64,000 bases of DNA from a virus, in IMG/VR virus record IMGVR_UViG_3300008117_000001; one strand, written 5' to 3'. The position numbers and the translations under genes are program-made. A model generated the notes under the pieces. The model ran no database searches and was not told the DNA's origin. It saw only the letters and a list, made by a program, of their open reading frames with translations. Positions 18,625 to 29,181 of this stretch are shown piece after piece. Position 1 is the first letter of the stretch. Every line of letters begins with the position of its first letter.

Positions 18625-21219
18625 ATGATACACGCATTACCAGAAACAATTAGCTTATACTCTTCCGCTTCCAGGGCTACAGTCTCCTCTCTAATCAGAG
18701 ATATGAGGCTTGAAAAAACTGACTTAAATTTCCTGGTAACTAAAATGTCAAACATGACTGTTGACCTCAATTACTCAGGCGCTAAGGTGCCAGCTTTTGC
18801 TCTCTTAACGAAAGAAGCAATGGTTGACGCATTCAGGAATGCCTACCTAAGAATGCAGAACCTTTTTAATGCAGCTAATGCTACGGGCATCGCTCTGAAT
18901 TCTATTGTTGGAGTATTTAGTTCTGAAATAGAAAAAGTTGAAGAAGATTTAGATAAACTTCAAGTATTTATAGATAATTATGAATTTATTTCTGGTAAAG
19001 ACGATCTATTTAACGCTAACTACATAGAAAAATTTGACAGTTTCTTTAACGACTATAGGGCAGATGGCACACAATTTCCTATTCCAGATAGAGATGGTGT
19101 TTCTTTTGGCGAGACAAACAACGCGTACATAGATCCAGTTAGTGGAACTTTAAAAATTGGTAAAGGTCAAGACGTAAAAAATATTATTAGAAATATAAAA
19201 TCAATAAATATTACAAACAACTACAATAACTACGTGACAACTGATTCAAGTTTTGAGAATTTATTCAATGATAACTTTTTTGATTCATGGTCAGTAACCG
19301 TTAAGGCTCCAGCAATATTATCAGCTCAGCTAAAAGATTATATCAAATACTTCAACTATGATTATTCAAATGTTTCTGGGGCAATATCCGCAGTTGAGAT
19401 AAATCTACAAAGGCCTATTAATATTGATACGATTAGATTCCAGCCAAATCAGTCAACTAACTTTAGACTTCTTCAAGCAGTTGTCTATCATAACTCTCCC
19501 GTTGATGCAAACAATATTGCGCCATCTGAAAATTACACTGTCCTCTTAAATGGTCCGGCTTTATTGAACAGAGTTTTTGATTTAAGATTCAATAAAAAAT
19601 CTATTAAAAAAATTATATTTATATTTAATCAGCAAGATTATGTAAAAAATAGTAGATCACCAATTAATTCAGAATTAAATTCTAAGGCTTTAGATTCTTT
19701 TGTTAAAGCTGTTATTAATGATCGAAAAGCTCGCTTTAGTAAGTTCCAAGATATTATTTATTGGTTCTTTAAAAGAAAAAGTACGGTTAAAGGTATCTCT
19801 AAAAATAAGAAAACAGATATCGACTACTATGCGTACAGATTCCCGCAAGAATTTGATAGCTATATCTATAATTTAGATGAACAAATAAAAGAATTTAATA
19901 ATCTAACTATAGAAGATAAAAATGTTTTTACAAACACTCCTATTTTTGTAAATGCAATCAATACAATGTTAAATACTTTTTCTGGTAAGTATAAAATATT
20001 TGATTCAGATAAATACATTGAAGGAATAACAGCAGGATCGTCACTATTCTCTTCCGGCTTCATGCTCGGTTCCAGCAGTAACGCTAGATCAACTGGGTAT
20101 CAGCAATATGACACCGGTGCTTTGGCGCCACCATTAACCTCTATAGACTCTCAGCTTTCTGTGCTAGAATCAAACCTTGGTTATGAATATAGTTTCTCCC
20201 TTAAATCTATAGAATTTATTGAAACACTCAACCAAAACACTGATAAAGCTGTTTTTGTCAGTAGAAAAATTCCTGTTAACGGACAGGTTGTCGCAGCAAA
20301 AGCTAAGCCATATTTCCTTAACAACAATGCCGGCGTCTCAAATGTTGATAGAAACATATTGGCTCCAGCATCATATGAACTATCTTTATCAAATAAACCT
20401 ATCCCTTCAAGTGAATCTGATTGGATACCTATCTCTAGCCATGGCAATACTTTTGTTCAATCAGAAATATTATTTACTAACGATATAACAAGAAAAGCTC
20501 AGTTGAGATTTAAGGCCAAGAATGATTCCATAGCGCTTTATAAGGATGGTGTCTTAATTCCAAGAGTTTCCACAAACTACATTTACAGCACTGCCGATAA
20601 TACTATATCTATTTCGCAGGATGTATTTAATATAAATAGTAGATTTATAGTTTCTTACGATTTAGATTTTTCTGGTTCTGCCCCTGATGAAGTTGACTTT
20701 ATAAAAAGAAATGTTATCCTTCAATCTTTAACAAATTATTCTTCGGAAAATAGTTCTGGAGAAATGTTTGGATCAACAGATATAAATTCTTCAGTAAAGT
20801 TAAGCTACTCACCATATGTGGATAGAGATAGTTATTCTAGAATTATTTACAATAAATCAACTGGAACTACTTTTGTTAGCAATAACGCAGGCTATTCTCC
20901 TGTGACAGTTATTCTTTCTGATGGAACTGTGGCTATTAATTTGACAAATTATTCTTTGTCTTCAGAAAAAGTATCTTTCTACTCTACGGAAGAAACTCTC
21001 TTTATACAGAGTGGCAGAAATCTTGTATTCAATAGGCCAATTAATCAGCCGTTCACAGTTTACTATCAATATATACCAAATAATTTGCGGTTTAGACTGG
21101 TTATAAGAAAGAATATTATTGATTCTTCTGACCCAATATCTGTAGATAGTGTAATTATAAAAATGAAAACTATCAATAATGATCCATATTATGAAAAACT
21201 AAATTCTTTAACATTATAA
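18625..21219 (+). CDS. Virion structural protein (paralogue family with 21230, 23383, 25917)
   Basis: N-terminal helical/coiled-coil region, beta-rich body, C-terminal LRFRLVIR...P..VDSVIIK motif shared with neighbours. Confidence 0.55.
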   Translation: MIHALPETISLYSSASRATVSSLIRDMRLEKTDLNFLVTKMSNMTVDLNYSGAKVPAFALLTKEAMVDAFRNAYLRMQNLFNAANATGIALNSIVGVFSSEIEKVEEDLDKLQVFIDNYEFISGKDDLFNANYIEKFDSFFNDYRADGTQFPIPDRDGVSFGETNNAYIDPVSGTLKIGKGQDVKNIIRNIKSINITNNYNNYVTTDSSFENLFNDNFFDSWSVTVKAPAILSAQLKDYIKYFNYDYSNVSGAISAVEINLQRPINIDTIRFQPNQSTNFRLLQAVVYHNSPVDANNIAPSENYTVLLNGPALLNRVFDLRFNKKSIKKIIFIFNQQDYVKNSRSPINSELNSKALDSFVKAVINDRKARFSKFQDIIYWFFKRKSTVKGISKNKKTDIDYYAYRFPQEFDSYIYNLDEQIKEFNNLTIEDKNVFTNTPIFVNAINTMLNTFSGKYKIFDSDKYIEGITAGSSLFSSGFMLGSSSNARSTGYQQYDTGALAPPLTSIDSQLSVLESNLGYEYSFSLKSIEFIETLNQNTDKAVFVSRKIPVNGQVVAAKAKPYFLNNNAGVSNVDRNILAPASYELSLSNKPIPSSESDWIPISSHGNTFVQSEILFTNDITRKAQLRFKAKNDSIALYKDGVLIPRVSTNYIYSTADNTISISQDVFNINSRFIVSYDLDFSGSAPDEVDFIKRNVILQSLTNYSSENSSGEMFGSTDINSSVKLSYSPYVDRDSYSRIIYNKSTGTTFVSNNAGYSPVTVILSDGTVAINLTNYSLSSEKVSFYSTEETLFIQSGRNLVFNRPINQPFTVYYQYIPNNLRFRLVIRKNIIDSSDPISVDSVIIKMKTINNDPYYEKLNSLTL

Positions 21220-21229
21220 AGAGAATATT

Positions 21230-23386
21230 ATGACACAATTATCAGCAAGCACAATGCCATACCAGCAAATGGTTCACAAAGTGGGCCAATTGATTACCGC
21301 AATAAATTCTGCTTCTCTTATTACAAAAGATGAAATAGCAGAACAGTATATAAATATATTAAATGAAATTAAGAATCAAATAGGTGCACCTTTAGCTTCC
21401 TATTCTCCCTTTATTAAAGGTGAGCCTCCCAGGTCTGAAAAGTTTAACAAATTCTTTGCAGAGTACGCCCAAGATGTCTCTGTATTATCGAAGCAAATTG
21501 ACTACCTTAATGCCAAAACAATAAGTGTATTTAATTTATTTTCCAAAGAAATCGAAGGAGAAAAAAGATACTCAGAAAGAATAGCATCAAAGTGCAAGAT
21601 TTTGCAAATGTATTCTCGTAGCCCATCTGATGATTTAATATATATCGGTGATTCATTTGAAAATGATGACCTTATCGACTACACAAAAATAGCAAAAGGA
21701 TCCAATCCATTAATCAGAGGAGGGATTGCATCATTCGCAATAGAATCCTCTAAAAGATGGGTGCCCGATGCAATAGAGGTGGTATCGGGAAATGGGTTCA
21801 TAGGAAATAGCCACCAAGTGGTTAAGGCTAATAATGATGAAAATACTTCAGAATATAAATACGTTTTTGAAAACAATAAAACATTAAATAACTTAAGAAG
21901 CATAGTCGACAATAACCCTCTTTCCTATTTTGAGTACGAAAATATTAATGTTGATAAATCAACAGCAAGACCACCATTAACGACCATTGCACAAGAGAAC
22001 GAATTTAAGTTCCTAAAAACAGAAATGAATAGCTCAAATGCGAACGAGTCAAATACGATAGATTGGTCATCTCATCCGGAATCAGAACCGTTAACTCTTA
22101 AGTTAAAGTTAACATCAAATTCTGGCAGGATTGCAAATAGTATTGACATAACTCCATTTTTTGGGTCATCTAAGTACGTAGAAGTTACAGAAGTTTTAGT
22201 TTTTGCTAAAGATGGATCATCTGAAAATGTTTTAAAGAATACCATTTTTATAGGTTCATCTTTAGTTCCGTTGAATATTGAGTTAGCGCAAAATTATTTT
22301 TACAATAAAGCGACAGTACGTTTTCCCGAAAGACAAGTTTCTAAAATAGAGATATCCTTTAGGCAACCCACATATTCTAATATTGATATTAAGCATGTTT
22401 ATTGGAAGCCAAGTTCTACAAATGTGAATAATCCATTTGTTAATCTATCTAGATTTAACCCAGACGCTCTAAGTAGGGATATATATGAGTCAATTAAGTA
22501 TAATAAATATCAATTAATTCCAACTTTATCCAATCCAACCAAATATAAAACTACTACGCAAAATGTCGCTGACATTAATGTTGCCCTAAAAAAGAAGCCA
22601 ACTTCTCTGAATGCTTATTTTATAGCAGCTTCTTTTGTAAATGAATCAGCAACTCCTGTTAATTCAACTGTTTATTTCAATAGATGGAAAGTTGTTGGTG
22701 AAGAGGCTGAATTTATTTCTGAAATAATAAAAGACGAAGACAGCTATATTACCAAGAACTACGATGCACCATCAGCTGCTCAAGAAGATTTAAACGATTT
22801 ACTTGACTTATACTTTGGCGCTACCCCATATGTGGATGAAGAACTTGGCACTCTGCAGGATATATCAATTGTGCAGCAGTCATTTGTTCCTATTCAAAAA
22901 GAAATTTCTTATAGAGTTATAGTTGAGCAAGAAGAGGAATTCTACAAGGCAAAGAGATGGGCCATAGGAATTAGGGATATTGACGTTTATCGGGAAACAT
23001 ACATAGATGAAATGCAGGTCATATCTTTCCCGTTTAAATTTGATTACCCGGTTGAATCAGTGATGCTGGATGTCCAGGCGTCTATAGATGAAGTGCATTC
23101 TGGAAGAACTAATATTCAAACATACATATCAGCAGATCAAGGTTCTAATTGGATAGAGGTTTCTCCGGTTCAACTAGATTTTACCGGCACCCCTGAAATA
23201 GTATTTTTTAACCAATCAATACTTGATGAGTACAGATTGTCTGGAGCGTCATACTTATCTTTCCCCATAATTCCAAAAGAAGTTAAAGATATCACTGTTA
23301 AAATAGTTGCACAGAAAAAGGGTGCGTATAACTTTACGCCAAATATATATTCATATCAATTAATAGCTAAGGTAAAACGGTCATGA
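21230..23386 (+). CDS. Virion structural protein (paralogue family)
   Basis: GEPPRSEKFN...QDVSVL N-terminus, ISFPF...VESVMLDV...YISADQGSNWIEVSP and C-terminal TPNIYSYQL. Confidence 0.55.
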   Translation: MTQLSASTMPYQQMVHKVGQLITAINSASLITKDEIAEQYINILNEIKNQIGAPLASYSPFIKGEPPRSEKFNKFFAEYAQDVSVLSKQIDYLNAKTISVFNLFSKEIEGEKRYSERIASKCKILQMYSRSPSDDLIYIGDSFENDDLIDYTKIAKGSNPLIRGGIASFAIESSKRWVPDAIEVVSGNGFIGNSHQVVKANNDENTSEYKYVFENNKTLNNLRSIVDNNPLSYFEYENINVDKSTARPPLTTIAQENEFKFLKTEMNSSNANESNTIDWSSHPESEPLTLKLKLTSNSGRIANSIDITPFFGSSKYVEVTEVLVFAKDGSSENVLKNTIFIGSSLVPLNIELAQNYFYNKATVRFPERQVSKIEISFRQPTYSNIDIKHVYWKPSSTNVNNPFVNLSRFNPDALSRDIYESIKYNKYQLIPTLSNPTKYKTTTQNVADINVALKKKPTSLNAYFIAASFVNESATPVNSTVYFNRWKVVGEEAEFISEIIKDEDSYITKNYDAPSAAQEDLNDLLDLYFGATPYVDEELGTLQDISIVQQSFVPIQKEISYRVIVEQEEEFYKAKRWAIGIRDIDVYRETYIDEMQVISFPFKFDYPVESVMLDVQASIDEVHSGRTNIQTYISADQGSNWIEVSPVQLDFTGTPEIVFFNQSILDEYRLSGASYLSFPIIPKEVKDITVKIVAQKKGAYNFTPNIYSYQLIAKVKRS

Positions 23387-25527
23387 ACATAGCGAGTGTA
23401 CAAAAGTTAAAGTTTCTTAATAATGTAAATAAATTATTGTATTCCTCTGGAACTAGACCTAGTGAAATAGAAATTAGAAAATTATTTAATGATTATTTTT
23501 CTATCTATAAGTTAGGTTATCCAATACCTATGGATTATGACATTTTTACTAGAAAGAATGTTTTTGATCATGAAGATTTAAATGAGTTAATGATTAAAGC
23601 TCTATTTAATTTAGAAGTAGCTTATGACTGCACAACTGAAAATAATTACCAGATGATGTCGACAATAACTGCTCTTAATAAGAGATTAGAAAATCTTAAA
23701 TCTAAACGGAGAGAGCTTGAGGCAAAAGTCGATGAGTTGATTTTTGCTATAAATAATTCTGATGGATTTTTCTATTCTTACTTAGAAAATTTTACATCAA
23801 CTAAGGATATTGACCTAACTTTAACTGACGCCTTTGTTGATGTCAAGGCTGGTAATGTAACAATACCCATAATTAATTCTGGTGTATTTGACATGATAAC
23901 ATCATCATTAATTAGCCCGTCTAGTGTAACACTTTCTGTTGATCTAAATGGAACACAGGTCGTTAGCCCATCTGTAATTTCTGATTTGGAAAATGTTACA
24001 GATGGATTAACTGATACATACTGGTCTTATAGATATGAGTCATCACAACTTGGAGTGGTCAGCGCGATTATAACAATCCCTGTCAATTCTAATTATGTAA
24101 TATCTAAAATTGAAGGAACTTTGCTAGCTTCTTCTGGTGTAGGAATCGGAGTCTTGGCAAAGCCTCTAAACCCAGAAATGCCAGAACAAAATATAATCAA
24201 GGATTCTAGATCTGATTATGACAGATTCTCATTTAACTTAAATCCATTAAACTATTCGAGTATTACATTAATATTATTTAAAACATTCCCTGATGAAATT
24301 TTAAATAATTCTGATAAACCATATATTTATGAGTTTGGCTTAAGAGATATATATATCGGCTCAAAATATCACGATAGAAGAGCTACAATAGTTTCTTCTC
24401 CAATATCAATACCTGAAGTTGACAATGGTCTACTTTCTATAGAATCAGTTAGTCTCAGCGTTCAGCATCAGATTGGCCCAGGTTATGATATTGACTACTT
24501 TATTGCTGCAGATGTTCCTGGGTCAACTGGAGTCGATGGATTTAATTGGATAGCAATTAATCCAGAAAATTCTTTATCAACCTCAAATCCAACCATCGTA
24601 AATCTACAAACAACAAATAGAAATACTAAGCTAATTTATGATGGCGCTGGAGTGGCAGGTGGCTATGAGTTGATAGATTTGAATTCTACTTCGAATAATG
24701 TGAACGAGCTAAATCCAAGTACCAATATATATTCAGGTAAAACTGTTTATAGAATTTGCAACGTTGGAACAGATGAGATAAAGCAACCATTTATTTTAAA
24801 TGGAATTAATTCAATAAGAAACTATGCTCTATTGAGATCTTCAAATTCCAATATAACGGAGCAGTATTACAAATCCTTAAATATATGGACTCAAAAAATA
24901 TCACAGTCTTCATCAGACATTACTCAAACTAGTCCTATTGAAAACCAACTTAATTCAATAAGTCCTGGATTTAATGGAATATGTTCTGGATTGCTAGAAG
25001 CAAGTGTTTCTACAGTGAGAGAAAATACAGTTATACATACGGTTACCAAGAGTAGGGAAGATTTTACTTTGGCGATATATCTAAATGATGTACTGATTGC
25101 AGACTTGCCAGCTGGAGTTTTATCTAAAGACATTGAGTGGAATTTTAAAACAGGAATAAATTACATTAAAATAACCTATGATAAAAACTTTGAGGGTCTT
25201 ATCACGTTCAATATTATGTCTGGAAGAAGACTATCCGATTATGGAACCGTCTTCCTGGATTACTATTCTTACTTGGACCCTTATGAGTTCAGACAAAGAG
25301 TATCGCAGAGTAATTACGTTTTCACTGTAGATAGTGCATTTGGTGCGCAAGAAGTTTTATGTTCAAGACATTTGTCTGGCAGATCTCAAATAGTTTATTA
25401 TGGAGAAAACTCAACTGCAGTTAGGGCAGTTAGATATAGGGCTGATTTATATAGGGATAAGAATCCTTTAATTTCTCCAATAATAGATAATGTAAGAATT
25501 AAATTTAGACACAACGAAGAAGGATAA
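23383..25527 (+). CDS. Virion structural protein (paralogue family)
   Basis: N-terminal coiled coil (LNKRLENLKSKRRELEAKVDEL), VSSPISI...IESVSLSV...YFIAAD...NWIAINP and C-terminal SPIIDNVRIKF. Confidence 0.55.
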   Translation: MNIASVQKLKFLNNVNKLLYSSGTRPSEIEIRKLFNDYFSIYKLGYPIPMDYDIFTRKNVFDHEDLNELMIKALFNLEVAYDCTTENNYQMMSTITALNKRLENLKSKRRELEAKVDELIFAINNSDGFFYSYLENFTSTKDIDLTLTDAFVDVKAGNVTIPIINSGVFDMITSSLISPSSVTLSVDLNGTQVVSPSVISDLENVTDGLTDTYWSYRYESSQLGVVSAIITIPVNSNYVISKIEGTLLASSGVGIGVLAKPLNPEMPEQNIIKDSRSDYDRFSFNLNPLNYSSITLILFKTFPDEILNNSDKPYIYEFGLRDIYIGSKYHDRRATIVSSPISIPEVDNGLLSIESVSLSVQHQIGPGYDIDYFIAADVPGSTGVDGFNWIAINPENSLSTSNPTIVNLQTTNRNTKLIYDGAGVAGGYELIDLNSTSNNVNELNPSTNIYSGKTVYRICNVGTDEIKQPFILNGINSIRNYALLRSSNSNITEQYYKSLNIWTQKISQSSSDITQTSPIENQLNSISPGFNGICSGLLEASVSTVRENTVIHTVTKSREDFTLAIYLNDVLIADLPAGVLSKDIEWNFKTGINYIKITYDKNFEGLITFNIMSGRRLSDYGTVFLDYYSYLDPYEFRQRVSQSNYVFTVDSAFGAQEVLCSRHLSGRSQIVYYGENSTAVRAVRYRADLYRDKNPLISPIIDNVRIKFRHNEEG

Positions 25528-25528
25528 A

Positions 25529-25924
25529 ATGGCTATCAGCTATAGAAATTCTAATAAAATAAATAGGATAATTGAACCACTTTATCAAATAGATAGAGTA
25601 AAGCTCAAGTCTCCCAGAAGTAGTTTAATGGAAAATTTAGAAAGCAATTTGTTAAAGATAGATTTTTCTAGAATACTAAAACATTTGGATGAAATAGATG
25701 ATTCAATCCTAGATAAGATAACATATTTTGTTGGAGATATAACAGACTATACAGAGCAGGCTAGGTTAGACGATGGTATAGCTTACGACTTTCCTGGCAT
25801 ACAGACATATATTGATGAAGCAAGTCCAGCATTAGAAGAACTGACAATAGATACCACTAATAAATTGAGTGGTAAATTGTCTAGATTAATTAATAAAGTT
25901 TCTAGATTAGAAAACGGTGAATGA
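25529..25924 (+). CDS. Hypothetical structural protein
   Basis: 131-aa ORF tightly packed in the structural operon. Confidence 0.5.
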   Translation: MAISYRNSNKINRIIEPLYQIDRVKLKSPRSSLMENLESNLLKIDFSRILKHLDEIDDSILDKITYFVGDITDYTEQARLDDGIAYDFPGIQTYIDEASPALEELTIDTTNKLSGKLSRLINKVSRLENGE

Positions 25925-27179
25925 TATGGCAGATATATTAAAGACTAAAAAAAGAGATTACAAATATAATGGTCCTGTAGATAGTTCCGATTATAACGCA
26001 AGAATAGAGGAAAATTATCAGGATCTAGTTTATCTTTATAATCGGGCAAATATCATAGATGCCAAGTTGGCTACGGCTTTTGAAAGAGTTTTAAAAGATC
26101 ATGTATTCCTAGCTAATGCAATACAGGACTTAAGTGATAGAGTAACAGCTTTAGAGTCTGCTTCGAATGTATTGTCAATATATTCTTTCTCGCAGCTTGA
26201 CTACGCCAATTTTGTTGGCACAAGTTTTGCTGTTTCTGGAACAGAGCTATTAAGTTTTGATCCAATTTATAATATTGTAACTTTGCCAAAGGTTTCAAGC
26301 GGTTCATTCTCTAAGCTAAAATTTGGCCAATCAGGAGTAGGTCAAATAGTGCCTGATTATTTTAAGACTAGAATCGACATATCCTATGCTGGAGTTGACA
26401 CTTCTGGGGCAGTTATAGACAGTACTCCAATATACAATTGCATACTGGATGCTCCAGATAAGGTTTGGAGAAGAACGGTGGTTTCAGACACCAACCCAAC
26501 AACTGGGGCACAGCTAATGCTGTATGTTCAAATACCCAACGATGCGGTAGGTATATTAAAGTCTAATGTCATAAAACTAAATCCTTTCCCATCTTTTGGC
26601 TGCGAAATATATTCAATTGAATATACAACGGTAGATAATCCATCTTTGTCATCTTCAGATACTTGGATACCCCTAAATAAGAATAGCTTCTATGATTCCG
26701 TACCCTCTGCAATAGGCAAGGTTGCTCCTGGTGGATGGTCAGTCCTTGGTTCTGATTCTATAAAAAACTCTGGTCCCCTCTGCTTCCAGTTTCCAGAGGC
26801 AAACATAACCGCCATAAGAGTAAAGATGCATCAAAAGAATTATTTAACAGAGACATCAAAATATGTATATACATATGGTTTGTCTGATCTTGATGTGAAG
26901 TATGAAAAGTATCTACAGACTGGAAAAATGATTATAAAGTATTCTGCCCCAGCTGGCGAGGTAATAGAAGAAGTGACAAATGTCTCACCAAAAATATATA
27001 ACGTAGCAGAAAGCCAATTGGACGAAGCGTTTAGTTATAGGATTATATATGACGACGCCGGCACTTATAGCCTAACTAATCCGGGTGCAAATAATCATGT
27101 TTGGATAGAGGTAACTCTTAATCAGCTAGATGACAAGACTGCCCCGGTTCTTTCTGATTTAATCATTGAATATATCTAA
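25917..27179 (+). CDS. Virion structural protein (paralogue family)
   Basis: GPVDSSDYNARIEENYQDLVYLY N-terminus, coiled coil and C-terminal APVLSDLIIEY. Confidence 0.55.
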   Translation: MNDMADILKTKKRDYKYNGPVDSSDYNARIEENYQDLVYLYNRANIIDAKLATAFERVLKDHVFLANAIQDLSDRVTALESASNVLSIYSFSQLDYANFVGTSFAVSGTELLSFDPIYNIVTLPKVSSGSFSKLKFGQSGVGQIVPDYFKTRIDISYAGVDTSGAVIDSTPIYNCILDAPDKVWRRTVVSDTNPTTGAQLMLYVQIPNDAVGILKSNVIKLNPFPSFGCEIYSIEYTTVDNPSLSSSDTWIPLNKNSFYDSVPSAIGKVAPGGWSVLGSDSIKNSGPLCFQFPEANITAIRVKMHQKNYLTETSKYVYTYGLSDLDVKYEKYLQTGKMIIKYSAPAGEVIEEVTNVSPKIYNVAESQLDEAFSYRIIYDDAGTYSLTNPGANNHVWIEVTLNQLDDKTAPVLSDLIIEYI

Positions 27180-27186
27180 CTTAAAA

Positions 27187-27194
27187 TTACTATA
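27187..27194 (+). promoter_or_regulatory. Candidate phage late-promoter motif TTACTATA
   Basis: Intergenic, 39 nt before the ATG at 27226. The same 8-mer recurs at similar spacing before four other genes. Confidence 0.6.
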
Positions 27195-27225
27195 AGTATA
27201 CGGATTTCTGACAAGGAGAAAATAA

Positions 27226-27858
27226 ATGGCTACTTTTTATGTAGGACCTAGACCAGTTTTAAAGGGTAGATCATCGTCCGAGATGGTAAACCCATACACT
27301 ACAATGACTGGAAAGTCTAAGGGTACTGGAACATATTCTTTCTACCCACTTTATAGCACTAGTCACGTTTTAGACGGTGCCCCTGACAATCATTTTGCAC
27401 CTGGAACAGGTCAGTTCCCAGGTAATAGATTCTTGTCACAGGTGTTTAACGGAACATCACTTTATATCCACCCTCTATCTGGCACCTTCCCAGATGGCAC
27501 TGGAACATACGATGGCGCAAGATTCCGACCTCTAGAATATAAGGGTCTTGCTGGCGCTCAGGCCTTCCCTTCTGATTATGGTCACGCCGGAACAAGAGTT
27601 AGAGAATATTCTCTTTACAATAATTACATCTTTGACGGCGTAACATCTGCTAATATATTTGCTGACACTGGCCATGGACCAAGAACTGAAGCCGGAGGTG
27701 CTCCGGCATCGTTTGGCTTGTTCAAGCCAAGTGAGTTCCAGGGTGTAACAAGCTCTGTTATATTCACTTCTGGTTATGGTCAAGCTAATACAACTGGAGA
27801 CTATGGTCGTGAAAAAGTTCAAGAGTGGTATGGGGTCCCTTCGGCTCAAGCTCTCTGA
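27226..27858 (+). CDS. Gly/Tyr/Pro-rich hypothetical, probably abundant virion protein
   Basis: Strong AAGGAG RBS, own TTACTATA motif, end of the structural module. Confidence 0.55.
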   Translation: MATFYVGPRPVLKGRSSSEMVNPYTTMTGKSKGTGTYSFYPLYSTSHVLDGAPDNHFAPGTGQFPGNRFLSQVFNGTSLYIHPLSGTFPDGTGTYDGARFRPLEYKGLAGAQAFPSDYGHAGTRVREYSLYNNYIFDGVTSANIFADTGHGPRTEAGGAPASFGLFKPSEFQGVTSSVIFTSGYGQANTTGDYGREKVQEWYGVPSAQAL

Positions 27859-28108
27859 TGCTATAAGTTCCCCTTTGATTCTTGAAAAAGAAGAAAGAAA
27901 AAGTGGTACAATCGCTTGGGGAGGATTAGTATTAGGAATTATAGCGTATGACATATACGCTATAAAGTCCAAAAAGATTGAGACCTTAACTAGATCTTTT
28001 TGGAGATTAACTGAAAAACCATTAACAGGAATAATACCAGTAGGAGCGTGGTTAGGTTTAACTTTTCATCTTCTTATAGAGAAGTTGGTTCGAAAAAAGT
28101 ATTCTTAA
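27830..28108 (+). CDS. Small membrane protein (start uncertain)
   Basis: Two hydrophobic segments (AWGGLVLGIIAYD; GIIPVGAWLGLTFHLLI); adjacent to the holin. Confidence 0.55.
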   Translation: MGSLRLKLSDAISSPLILEKEERKSGTIAWGGLVLGIIAYDIYAIKSKKIETLTRSFWRLTEKPLTGIIPVGAWLGLTFHLLIEKLVRKKYS

Positions 28109-28120
28109 CAAAGGAGTTGT

Positions 28121-28321
28121 ATGACTAAATTATATAAAGATATTATTGAAAGAGCAGTTTGGACAGCAGTTCAGGCTTTTGTAGCTGTTTATACAGTTGG
28201 TGGTGTTGATGAGCTTAAGTCTGCTGCAACAGCTGCTGTTGCTGCTGGCATAAGCGTAATTAAAGGTTTTGCCGCCACAAAGATTGGTGACGCAGAAAGT
28301 GCAGCAACTTTGAAAGGCTGA
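28121..28321 (+). CDS. Holin (r1t/actinophage-type)
   Basis: KDIIERAVWTAVQAFVAV...AATAAVAAGISVIKG is the typical actinophage holin pattern; AAGGAG RBS. Confidence 0.75.
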   Translation: MTKLYKDIIERAVWTAVQAFVAVYTVGGVDELKSAATAAVAAGISVIKGFAATKIGDAESAATLKG

Positions 28322-28347
28322 TTTAGCATTACATAACGGCTATGGCG

Positions 28348-28356
28348 TGATATAAT
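28348..28356 (+). promoter_or_regulatory. Extended -10 promoter (TGnTATAAT)
   Basis: TGATATAAT lies in the intergenic gap between the structural and nucleotide-metabolism modules. Confidence 0.45.
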
Positions 28357-28382
28357 ATATCCGTCAGAAAGCCGATAGAGCA

Positions 28383-28417
28383 ACGGCCCCGTCTGAAATC
28401 GACGGGGCTGTCTCTTT
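28383..28417 (+). terminator. GC-rich hairpin / intrinsic terminator
   Basis: GCCCCGTC-tgaaatc-GACGGGGC (8-bp perfect stem, extendable) followed by TGTCTCTTT. Confidence 0.65.
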
Positions 28418-28473
28418 ATACTGGCAAATATATATGTTTAAACCAATTTATGTGAGCTTATTTAGGATTGAGG

Positions 28474-29181
28474 ATGTCTATACAAGAAGTTCAGGAAGCA
28501 ATTACAAACAAGACACTGCCATTATCTGTTGCAGAAAAATATCTAAGACTATATGTTGCTGACGTTAGTTGGGAGCAGCCAATCAAGACTTTATGGACAA
28601 ATTCTGTCAACAAACTTCGTAACGAAGATTTGGCTAAGGAGCATGTCAAAAAGGCAATCAGCTGTGCAACGATTTTGCCCTTTGTGGAAAAAACTGCAAT
28701 ACCAGATCCTCCTACCAACCTATTGTTCTGGTGCACTGGATGGGCACAATTTAACAAGCATGATTGGTTTTCCATGTATCTTGATATATTAGAGGAAGAC
28801 TTAAAAGTTGTACTTCTTAGAAATCAAGCAATTGAAGTTGGCATTATAGACCCCATAGATATTTCTCCGATAACAAGACAGGCTTACAATTGGCTATATC
28901 AAAAGGCCGAAGAAAATGAAAATTGCTCAAACATTGATATGAGTGCGCTAAAGGTAAAGTTATCAAATCTAGTCAAAGCTTATGGTGGAGCAGTCATTTG
29001 CAATATATTTATTAACCATAAGTCAAATGTAGATAAAGTATTCAACTGGAGAAGTGGATACTTTTTTGAAAAACAAATACATAAGGTTTATTCAATAGAC
29101 CAAATAAAGAAAATAAAATTAGCAGAATTAAATAAAACAAACAGTCAATATATTAAAAAGGTAGGAGTACAAAATGTCTGA
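28474..29181 (+). CDS. Hypothetical protein
   Basis: Long ORF with GAGG RBS overlapping the nrdJ start; no motif recognised. Confidence 0.6.
   Translation: MSIQEVQEAITNKTLPLSVAEKYLRLYVADVSWEQPIKTLWTNSVNKLRNEDLAKEHVKKAISCATILPFVEKTAIPDPPTNLLFWCTGWAQFNKHDWFSMYLDILEEDLKVVLLRNQAIEVGIIDPIDISPITRQAYNWLYQKAEENENCSNIDMSALKVKLSNLVKAYGGAVICNIFINHKSNVDKVFNWRSGYFFEKQIHKVYSIDQIKKIKLAELNKTNSQYIKKVGVQNV

Noticed and set aside
28357-28470. Cobalamin riboswitch upstream of the nrdJ operon
   Set aside because: The gap is too short and I see no B12-box consensus; only a simple hairpin is supported.
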